From Octopus sinensis (taxonomy: Eukaryota), in contig NC_043008.1 in assembly GCF_006345805.1 (NCBI RefSeq), positions 13,392,001 to 13,456,000 on the forward strand: a stretch of 64,000 nucleotides of DNA, read 5' to 3'. Positions 53,451 to 64,000 of this stretch are shown here, piece after piece. The translations under genes were made by a program, and so were the position numbers. The notes below the pieces were generated by a model. The model was given only the letters and a program-made list of their open reading frames with translations. It was not told where the DNA came from and did not search any database. Each line of letters starts with the position of its first letter. The first letter of the stretch is position 1.

Positions 53451-54041
53451 CGGCTTATATACATATAAATATATATATGAAGAAGAAAAAAAGGAAATAT
53501 AGGAAAGCAACTGCCAGTGCGGAATGTTTTAAAAAATTAATAGTTCAGGCGCAGAGGCCCATTCTAAGAAGCTAAACAATTTGGGAAATGTGTCGTTATA
53601 CAGGTTCCGTTAACGCATTCAAATCCCTCGGCTGAAATATTTTGAGAAACATTCCGCATTGTCAGAAGGTTTACTATTTTCTTCGATATCAAAATGCTTC
53701 AATCGAACTATAACACTCTTATATATATATAACCCACAAGAGTAAACAAGAGAGACAGAGACAGACAGAAACAAGGAAAATGCCAGTTGTATTTGAACAC
53801 TATACAAATATTCTTTTAAAAAACTTTTCTTTTAATTATTTAATTGTTACAGCTGAAAAAGTCTCAATGACTGAAACCGGTACTGAAACGTTTTTTATAA
53901 ACTTATTTTAGCATTTTCTACCTGACTTTTTTCCATATATATATATATGTGTGTGTGTGTGGTGTGTGTGTGTGTGTGTGTGTGTGTATGTATGCAGTGG
54001 GGTGTACAAGATTGAAAATTAACACAGGATTTGATAAGTAC

Positions 54042-54232
54042 AAGGAAAATAAGACAAGATAGAAAATGCTAAAATAATTCTATCATGAAATACATATTGT
54101 AAAGATTAGTACTGGTCCCAGTCTTTTCGACTTTTTTTCAATTTCAGGAAAAACAATTATATTGAAGACAAAAATTAAATGAAATGTTTTGGAAATATTT
54201 CCATAGTCATCAAATAGGTAGGACATTTTCCT

Positions 54233-54278
<46 letters not shown>

Positions 54279-54383
54279 TGAAGCCTCGGTTGGTAGTAGT
54301 AACTGAAGAAATAACGTTTATAGGTGCAGAGAAATGTTTGGTTATGAAATTTGTTGGCTTAAGCAGCGGCAGCAGAGACAGCA

Positions 54384-54414
<31 letters not shown>

Positions 54415-54909
54415 AAGAAGAAAAGAAGAAGAAGAAGAAGAAGAAGAAGAAGAGAAGAAGAAGAAGAAGAAAAGAAGAAGAAGAAGCAATAGACGGGAGT
54501 GATATGAGCTCTACTATTGGGTCATACCACTCCCGTCTTTTTCTTTTCTTTGTTGTTGTTGTTCTTCTTCATCTTCCTTGCGTCTCCTTCCTTGCCTACT
54601 TTTTCTTAAACCATGAAGCTTCATAACTAAACATTTCTCTGCACCTATAAACATTATTTTCTAAAATCTGCTACTTACGAAGGTTTCACAAAGAGAGAGA
54701 GGGGGGAGAGGGAGAAAGGAAAATGTCCTACCCATTTAACGACTATGGAAATATATCAAAAACTTTTCATTTTATTCTTTCTACAATTGGTCTTTCTTGT
54801 CTTACTGTTAGTTGATAAAAGTCGAAAATACTGAAACCGGTATAAACCTTTACAAAATGTATTTCATGATAAAATTATTTTAGCCTTTTCTACCGCGACT
54901 TATTTTCCT

Positions 54910-54910
<1 letters not shown>
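54042..54910. mobile_element. About 870-bp foldback element with mirrored microsatellites
   Basis: Left arm 54042-54501 and right arm 54528-54910 are diverged reverse complements; centre agacgggagtg..cactcccgtct. Confidence 0.85.
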
Positions 54911-54940
<30 letters not shown>

Positions 54941-55640
54941 TATATATTTATCGCTCATCAGAATATTTATGAAGTAGGGTGTCCAATGCGAATAATTGGT
55001 TTTGTCTAATGGTTCAGCTACAAACGTTTCTACGAATGATGTAGATGGCATCCCCCTCAGACAGCCTTCGGCTTTAGTATTCGAAGAGAGTTTTACTTCT
55101 AAATTTACAAGCTGTTATTTATAGCCTTTCATGCGTTGAGATCTCCTGTCCCAACAGAGAAATTATTTAATGTTTTCTACATATTTATGAATTCATAAGA
55201 TGCCAAAAATCATACCAATCTCATAGGAAAAGAATAAATGTCTTGTTAAATGAATTGCAAAAAATCCCAGTATTGCTTTATTTCATTGACAGTATGCCTT
55301 TCATGTTAACCGAAGATAAGGGTCTCCTGTCCCACAGGCACCCTTAAAACTTTTCTATCCAAAGGGACTTTTATCCCAATATTTACGTGCTGTTATTTAC
55401 AGATTTATGCGGTTCGATATCACTGTTACAAAAGTAATCAAAGTATACATACATATATTATATATATATATATATATATACATAAACTCAAAAATAAGAT
55501 GACGAAGAATTTATATTAGACGTTAGAATGGCGCTTCGTCAGACTTGCAGCTAAAATACATCTAAGGTTTTAATAATACAGCATGTTATCAGTGACCGTA
55601 AGATTAACCCTTGAGAAGGAATGACGATGGACAGGTGTAT

Positions 55641-55671
<31 letters not shown>

Positions 55672-56643
55672 AGCTGAATATATCTGTGTGAGTGTGCGTG
55701 GCAGGTTTGGTAGCCTTCAATAGTTTAGACTTCAACACTATCTCCTCAGAGACCCTGCGGTGCAAGTTGACCAAGATTGAGAGTCTGATAGACGAAGGCT
55801 TGCTCTTCATTCAGTAGGAGAAATATTTCAAATCGGACCAGGTTAAGAGGGAAAATTATTTACATTAAAAAGGTGCTTTTTTTCTATGAAAATCACTATT
55901 TCTTACGGTTTTCTGACTGCTGCGTCGCTATTTTTCGGTGTATTTCAACCAGAAAAAGTTTCATTTCAAGAGAATAACAAGCTACATAAGGCAAAATTTT
56001 TACTTTTAAAAAAAGATTGAAACTAAGTGAAAACTTTGTTAACGCGACATCAAAGTCTGCCGTTTTTAAACGCAACCGAAAAACAAACCCGAGCAACACC
56101 GCGCTATACTGCTAGTATATCTATCTATCTAACTATCTATCTATCTATATATATATATATCTTTACAGGTATGAATATGTGTGTGTGTGCGCGCGTCTTT
56201 GTGAGTCAGTATATATATTCAAAGTATATAATATATAAAAACAAAGTAAGATAGCAATGTAAAGAAATTTGGCGGATGTCGGTGTAAATAAACTTATCAT
56301 GAATCCAAACCAATTTGCTTCCGGCAAATATTTTTTCGACATAAATTTTATGTACTCGCAGAATTCCTCGGAAACACAACCGAATATGTTTAAAAGTATT
56401 AAATGAGTGACATTTAGGAAAACATAAATACGTATATAAATACATAAACAAGTGTGCATACGTCCATATAAAAAACTATATACGTGTATCTATCTATCTC
56501 TCTATCTACCTATTTAGCTATCTATCTACGTAGCTACCTATCTATTTAAATATGAAACTATCTCAATGTCTCTCCATCCCTGTCTCTTTCGAGCTCTCTC
56601 TCTGTATATATATATATGTGTATGCATGTATGCATGTATGTAG

Positions 56644-56672
<29 letters not shown>

Positions 56673-56680
<8 letters not shown>

Positions 56681-56749
56681 AATGTATATTTATATATATA
56701 CTAATACTTCCCATAGATAAATGCATATATATATATGCGTATACATATG

Positions 56750-56781
<32 letters not shown>

Positions 56782-56858
56782 AATGTATATTTATATATAT
56801 ATATATACTAATACTTCCCATAGATAGATGCATATATATATGCGTATACATATGTATG

Positions 56859-56865
<7 letters not shown>
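56673..56865. repeat. Two-copy tandem duplication of a roughly 100-bp microsatellite-rich block
   Basis: cacaaatgtatattt..ctaatacttcccataga..gcgtatacatatgta occurs twice. Confidence 0.8.
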
Positions 56866-56890
<25 letters not shown>

Positions 56891-56899
56891 CGTGTGTGT

Positions 56900-56930
<31 letters not shown>

Positions 56931-56940
56931 ATTGTATGTA

Positions 56941-58125
56941 TTGGGTCATCACATAAATAATGCAGCTCTTTGTACATCTATTCTTCAAACTTAAGATAAA
57001 CAAAGTTGTTTTTGTAATGGAAAATATTCTCTCCTTCATTTTCTACAATGATCTTCCCCTGTCTGTTAGATTTGCAAGGCCTTCCTTTCAAAATTCACTT
57101 GTCCGTGACGAAAAGTTCTCCTCCAGTACTGTACTGACCTCGTTTGCAGAATGCATCTTTTTTCCCTCAAAATGATTTTGAAGATAATCAGATGGGGCAA
57201 TGTCTGGCGAATATGGTGGGTAATGCATCGTTTCCCATTCAAATTGCTCCAGCCTTTAGAATGTCCCCCTTCACTGTATCTGGCCGAGCATTATCCTAAT
57301 GGAAGCATGCTCTTCTTCTGGAAACCAAAGATGGTGGTTTTTCTTCTAGCACTGACTTAATCCACTGACGTTTCTCACAAGAGATTTCCTCTTTTATCGT
57401 TGGGTTTCGGTTGAAACATTCATGTGGACCAAAGCTCTTACATCCCACCAAACCTAACAACACCTCACTCGTGTGAAAACCTATTTTAGCTTTAGCCTGT
57501 GTTGCCGGCGCGTGATATTTTTATAGAGAACACATTTCTCGTCCCCAGTGATTATTCGGTCTTAAAACGGTTTATTCCTGAGACGTGACAGCAAAGAAGA
57601 GCACACACTCACTCTTTGCACGCCATTCGACTCGAAAAGTTTTTGAGGAACTCATTGACCCAGTTTGCAGACTTTTCCGATGGCACATTGGTATCGATAA
57701 ATTGTTGAATGACCAAATCCAAGCTTCTCTGCTAGTTCCTCAACAGTTACGATAGGACCTTGTTCCACCGGTGATTGCAGAACGTCCTCGTCGAGCTCTA
57801 CAGATCTTCCAGTATGCGGCTCGTCTTCTAGACTGCAGAATACGCCTCGAAATTCCTGGAACCACCGTTGATACAGGCTTAGGCTTATTGTCAGATCCCA
57901 ATATACTGCATTAATATTCCTCATACTTTCCGCTGGAGTTGTTGCCTTTATTGAACTCATACAACAAAATATGCCGAAGATGCAACTTTGACACTTCCAT
58001 TATAGCTTTGAAAAATAACTGTTAAAATGGAAGTGAACTCTTCAAATCTTACACTAAGAATAAGAAAAGGTGAAATCACCACCTTCATGCAATTGAAAAA
58101 ACTCATAATTTATGGTATAATCCAA
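56941..58125 (-). mobile_element. Full-span decayed mariner transposon (transposase pseudogene)
   Basis: Minus strand gives QRWFQEF..LEDEPHTGR..TVEELAEKLG, RIITGDEK, DNARP and HYPPYSPDIAPSDY; degenerate TIRs ttgggtcatcacataaataatg / cataatttatggtataatccaa, flanked by TA at 56939 and 58126; stops and frameshifts. Confidence 0.92.
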
Positions 58126-58605
58126 TATTTATCTATACATATATGTGTGAGTCTGTGCGTGTGTACATATTTATTTGTGTGTATATATGTGTCAGCAATA
58201 TTGGTTTAGGAATAACCTCATGCTTACATAAATCGCATTTATAATAGCTAGTGAATTAATAAAATAGCATTTGTTATGAAGTATCACTACCAGTTTAGAA
58301 TTTTTTAAAATTTTTGAATGTGTAATTTATTTTATATTTTGTTGTGTTTCGGGATTTATATTTATATACGGAACACTTAGGTACAAGCAGAGTCACCCGA
58401 TATGTATTTGCGCGTGAGCATGTGTATATATCGTAGTGTGCATGAGTTTGTGCGTTCTATGTGGGTTTTTCTCTCTTAAGATATTATGCTCAGGGCATAT
58501 GAACTTAATATTTAATGAATACACTGAGTATTGATTGAAACAGCTGTAAGTGATAATGATTGATTTATTTTTTATAATAAACATTTATTAACTTCATTAT
58601 ATAGA

Positions 58606-58620
58606 GATACATAGATAGAT

Positions 58621-58663
<43 letters not shown>

Positions 58664-58764
58664 CAGAGAGAGATCGATAGATAGACAGATATATATATAT
58701 ATATACATAGATAGACAAAGAGAGATAGAGAGATAGATAGACAGACAGAGAAAGATATATAGAG

Positions 58765-58803
<39 letters not shown>

Positions 58804-59024
58804 CAGATAGATAGATAGACAGATAGATAGATAGACAGAGAGAGATATAGATAGATAGATAGATATATAGATAGATAGATAGAGAGAAATAGATAGATAG
58901 ATAGTTAGATAGATAGATAGACAGATAGATAGATAGATAGACAGATAGATAGATAGATAGATAGATGGATAGATGGATAGATAGATAGATAGAGAGAGAG
59001 AGAGAAAGAGAGAGAGAGATAGAC

Positions 59025-59077
<53 letters not shown>

Positions 59078-59115
59078 CACAGACTGACAGACAGATCGAG
59101 AGATAGATACATAGA
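58606..59115. repeat. Long (GATA)/(GA)/(GACA) microsatellite
   Basis: Directly visible. Confidence 0.97.
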
Positions 59116-59547
59116 TACAAGTTGCACCATCAATGCATTAAAATCTAGATATATTACATACTTTAGTCTATACATCCCTTATACACTACCGATATCTCAT
59201 TGTCTCTTGTCTGTCGTTCTAATGCGCAAAATCCGGCCTTATTGAGGACGGTATGTTATTAGTTTACTCACAAAACAGCCTCTGGCGATGAAACGGAGTT
59301 TATTAGAAAAATTTTAGTGAATAAATTTTTTTTTTTTTATAAAATTCATATTTTAAAGTACATCATTGTCACTGAAACCAAGCGGGGATGTAATAATATA
59401 GCGAAATGCGTTTCATTGTCTAACTTTCAATGCTGTTTAGAAGAAAATATTTTTATGTGTCTACTCGCTTTTTTACATGCATGTATGATTGTTGACGTGA
59501 CTACTAATTGCACTCCACACGCATACACAAATACAGTCATCCGCAGC

Positions 59548-59600
<53 letters not shown>

Positions 59601-59699
59601 GTGTATGCATGTATGTATGAATGTATATATATATATGTGTGTATATATATATATATTATATATATATATAACGTATGGATGTGCGTACATATATATATA

Positions 59700-59743
<44 letters not shown>

Positions 59744-59789
59744 ATGAAAGTGTTTATATACTGGCTGGGTATAATGGGTAAATTATAAA

Positions 59790-60345
59790 GTATTGTAGGG
59801 TCCGTTGGGCACTGTCTGTGAGAAATGACGCAATTCACTCTGTTAGAAGTTTGGCAACCACATTCGTGCCGGAAGCTCCAATAGAAATATTTCAGAGTGT
59901 TTGGGTGTCAATCTAAGGACAATGCAATCTACAAATATGTACTGAGAGTAATATATATCAAACATCCATTCAATGTCATGATGTTTGCAGTGAACATTTG
60001 TGATGAGTGGCGATGTTTTGCCTCTGTTCATCTTCCCATACGGCCTCAGACTCAACACGGATGCCACCCTGGGCCAAGAGGATGGTTGCTGGAAGACCCT
60101 ATATCTGGCAATAGGACTCTACACCATGCTACACAAGCAGGAGATCATAGTCATGGCAGTCAGACGATTTCTACGACCACATCACCCCTAACATCTGGTC
60201 ACCTATCTCCCCAGTATGCAATCTCCTTGATTATTGTGTGTGCAGCGTAGAGACCAACAGAATTCCTTGTAACACCAAAGATGAACTAAAGGCAAAGATT
60301 ATGACAGCATTCATCAACTTACACAAAGAGACCGTCTAGAAATGT
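59790..60345 (+). mobile_element. Decayed DD37D (maT-type) Tc1/mariner transposase fragment
   Basis: KHPFNVMMFA, GDVLPLFIFPYGLRLNT, GRPYIWQ*DSTPC..NIWSPISPVCNLLDY; I count exactly 37 codons between D (60115) and D (60229). Confidence 0.85.
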
Positions 60346-62820
60346 TCCAACAGAGTTTTAAATTTCATCCATACTGAGGTCAAACTGTCATCAGGTAAAT
60401 GGGTTATTCATGTCACAGCATCCAGATAATACCAGCTGACTTTGAATTAATGAAAGTAAATAAAAATATGCGCTAGTGTGTTCTGCGTATGGTAAGAAGT
60501 GGCTTTTCCTGACATGTTTCGGTGAATTATGGGGAAAACGTTCACACATATTTAACATGTGCAAGAAAGATAAAATCTCTTTCTGAGGAAACAACTACAT
60601 ACAACTTAACAACCAATATCATTAAAACAACAGTAAATTCACAGCAAAATGCAAAAGAATAACAGCAGTTTATTCAGAAAAAGTTTCGGAGACGTAAAGC
60701 AAAACCAAATCAACATCATTAAATTCAACCAAAAATAACACAAAAATTAATGGAGAAATAAGGAACTCATTCAAGAAAAAGAAATTCGTGGATAATCTTG
60801 TATCGAGAGCTCGGTGCAGAGTGAGATATGATTTTACTGGTAGTTCAAGATCATATTTTCTCAGCAAAGGCAATTAATATTCAAATTAATGACTTCAGCA
60901 AAAATTTCAAAGGAAACAGAATGAAGTAATATAAAATTTGCAAGCTGAATATAAAAGTTCCACAAGAAGTTTGACATGACAGGATCCTGGCCTTACTCTA
61001 CAGCGGTCACACTTCCAACCAAACACTGATAATAAAATATCGGTTATGGCGAAAAAGACATCATAAATGCTACCAAGAGTAATAATAGCAACGTGGGAAA
61101 TAGTCGAATGCTTGCAGCAACAATAAAGACATGCCTGACATGGAATATTTTATTTGCTTTTAACTATTCTAAACTGAACAATTTAAATATTACTTCATTA
61201 TATCGCTTCATTTAAATTAGTTAGAGATTTTATGCGTTATCTAACTTGCAGTCTGTCCTTTCAGGATTTAACCAATTAATAAACATGCTAAAAATATCTA
61301 CGGAAATTCCATGGTCGTTTTGAAATTGGTAAGTTGATTCTTCATATAGTCTAAAATCCATGCTAGTAGAATTGAATGTGTGGGAACAACACCTCTGAAA
61401 CCTATAACAGTTACGACTTCTTTGTTACTTGCTAGCCGATATATTTCACTTCAGACAACAATGTTAGCTATGAAAAGTCAACGAAGACATTATATTATTC
61501 TGCTACTGTATTTTGGTAACTTTATTTAAAAAACTGCCTAATTAAGAAATGTAAATTTCGTTTGAGAAAACAATAATTAACTGCACTAAAACACAAGCCT
61601 TAAATGACGAGAATTAAAATGTATCGGAATAAAATTATCATAATAAGCCATATTCACAAACCAAAGTTCCTATATTTCTTTGAGTGCCAGACGAAACAAC
61701 TGCCGGCAAGAAAATAATTACACTTATTTTAAATGAATATATAGTAACACTTAAAACATACTGCATCCTAGAATCACAAATTAACACTAAACAGAAGTGT
61801 AAATATTTTAGAACATTCTCTACTGCAATAAGAAGAGAATAACTTGCGATGTAATTTTTACTAAATTACAGCAGACTCTCTATTAATGCAGTCTGAGGGC
61901 AATATTCCTTTTGTGTCTCGTTTCTAATGAAGAGGATTAGAGTGATTCGATAAGCTGTTCAAACACCTACTGAAGTTTTTAATAGTTTAGTTATCAACAC
62001 TATTTCAATAGTATGTTACGGTCTTTGCAAATTTTATCAGTGATAGTTACTGTTCGATCTAGTGAGTTGTTACTGTATCTCATCTCAGCACTAAGAAAAT
62101 ACTAATGCTTACCACCAGATCACAATTCACTCAACAATATTTGAAAAATATTCATTCATTCTTTTCTTTTCTTTTTGCATTAATATGTTGCCATCAAAAG
62201 GTAAGACACAAAAGAAGTAATTCTAAAGTAGGAATAAATATAAATATTTACTGATAGATCTTTCACTTATATTTCCATCAGTCGCATATACAATTGCTAT
62301 GCATTTATATGACAATAAATAAATTCAATGAATGCGAAAAGCGAAGAAACGTAATGACCTGTACCGGGAACAATTACACTGCGTATCCAATGTGCACCTG
62401 AAGCCACTAGCTGAAGCCAGTGGCTGTGGTAGCAGGGGCTGCTATTTTGCTATTTAGTGAACAAAATATGAAATATCTGTAAATATTTTTTATCATTTCA
62501 TCTACAATAGTGCGCTTATCAATCTATTGATATTTCTCTCAAGTTGAACATAGATAATCCTCTCACAGAACTCAAACGTCTGTGACCTGCAACATAATCT
62601 CCTGACATTTAAATCAAACAGATGAAATAGAACTGTTTCCCAGTAGGACGCAAGTTAGCTTTTACCAAATATATTTTCTAAAACCAAATGACATATTCCA
62701 GACAGTTAGTTTTTGGGTGAAGCATGTTGAGAACAGTTGATGTTAGTACGTAACATTTCCAAGATGTTCATCAAGTATACGCCAATATCAAAAAGGAAAA
62801 TGGATAATACATTTGCATAT

Positions 62821-63027
62821 TCTTTTCTGCTCTAGGCACAAAACGTTTGGGGAGAGGGCAAGACGATTAGATCGATCCCAGTGTGCAACTGGTACTTAAT
62901 TTATCGACCCTGAAATGATGAATAGCAAAGTCGATCTCGGCGGAATTTGAACTCAGAACGTAAAGAGAGACGAAATACCGCTAAGCATTTAACCCGGCGT
63001 GCTAACGTTTCTGCCAGTTTTCCGCCA
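62821..63027 (-). mobile_element. SINE family B, monomeric
   Basis: Reverse complement: ggcggaaaactggcagaaacgttagcacgccggg..gagttcaaattccgccgag..gtgcctagag. Confidence 0.85.
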
Positions 63028-63119
63028 AGTTTCAACTAAGCGCAGATGTATTTGATAGTATATTTTCGGCTGATGCACACACACACACACTCACACACAC
63101 ACACACACACACACACACA

Positions 63120-63184
<65 letters not shown>

Positions 63185-63186
63185 AT

Positions 63187-63492
63187 GGGGGCGCAAATTG
63201 CCCAGTGGTTAGGGCAGCGGACTCTCAGTCGTAGGATCGCGGCTTCGAATTCCAGACCGGACGTTGTGAGTGCTCATTGAGCGAAAACACCTAAAGCTCC
63301 GCGGGCCACCGGTGGTGGCGATCTCTGCTGTACTCTTTCGCCGTAATATTCTCTTACTCTTTCTTCTGTTGGCCTGCTTGCTTAGCCAGCGGGGTGACGT
63401 CATTTGAATGATGGCTAAGACAATACGAAGCGCATTGTGAACAGCGATATGTAGCAACATCTGATAGCCTGGTCGGTCACGTGATCACGTGA
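63187..63492 (+). mobile_element. SINE family C, variant 2
   Basis: cccagtggttagggcagcggact head; tail ggtcggtcacgtgat followed by (TA)n. Confidence 0.88.
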
Positions 63493-64000
63493 TATATATA
63501 TATATATATATACACAAATTTTGCACGGTGGTAGTTAAATTATATCACTTCTTTCCACCTACCTACTTTGGTTTCAACAACCCTTGGCAATTAAAATTCA
63601 ATGTTTACGTCAGATAAAACCAACACCGAGGGCTGAACATAAATAAGACATTTTCTATTGTTATTCTAAGGATATTGGCAATCGATACATTGCTTTAATT
63701 CTATTTTTCTTGTATCGTATATCATATACCGTGATTTTCAATAATTCACTTACTCTGTCCCTGACCCTAGAATCGTCAATATTTAGTGATATTTCATTTT
63801 ACACTCACGAATACAATTCTGTGTATACTCTTATTGATTTATTAACTAAATATATTAGGTTTGGCAACACGAAAGTTTAACTAAAATTCAAACGAATATG
63901 GAAGACACGCTCTGTTATTCCAGATATTCCGATCTCAAATATTATCAGTATCCAATAAATATTATTACCTCCGCTTTAGGGAAAGCAGAGGTATTGTTTC

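Noticed and set aside
55500-55830. Several partial HHR cores (CUGACGA near 55536, CUGAGGA near 55744, CUGAAUGA near 55806)
   Set aside because: Each lacks GAAA or helix I.

Overview
AT-rich, microsatellite-saturated eukaryotic DNA. Its repeat families resemble what I recall of octopod cephalopod (Octopus) genomes; this is an inference, not a database result. I cannot establish any host protein-coding gene, and almost all ORFs in the track are microsatellite or repeat read-throughs. Supported content: about 23 copies or fragments of three tRNA-derived SINE families, two 5'-truncated Tx1/L1-clade LINE copies both sitting in (ATCT)n, a decayed Tx1-like ORF1 with a CCHC knuckle, a full-span decayed mariner, a DD37D maT fragment, a 26-bp minisatellite, a near-identical 1.6-kb tandem duplication and several foldback elements. 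Main hunt result: at least seven type I hammerhead ribozyme (HHR) folds from five unrelated sequence families (9142, 12330, 12514, 19098/20684, 41193/41442). There is also a multi-copy family with a non-canonical CUGUAGA core and a decayed HHR lying just after GIY-YIG-like remnants. These motifs sit in small elements lodged in (TA)n tracts, which fits Penelope-like element (PLE) termini or retrozyme-like RNAs. One pair occupies the two arms of a 593-bp foldback. All folds were read by eye and no activity is shown.
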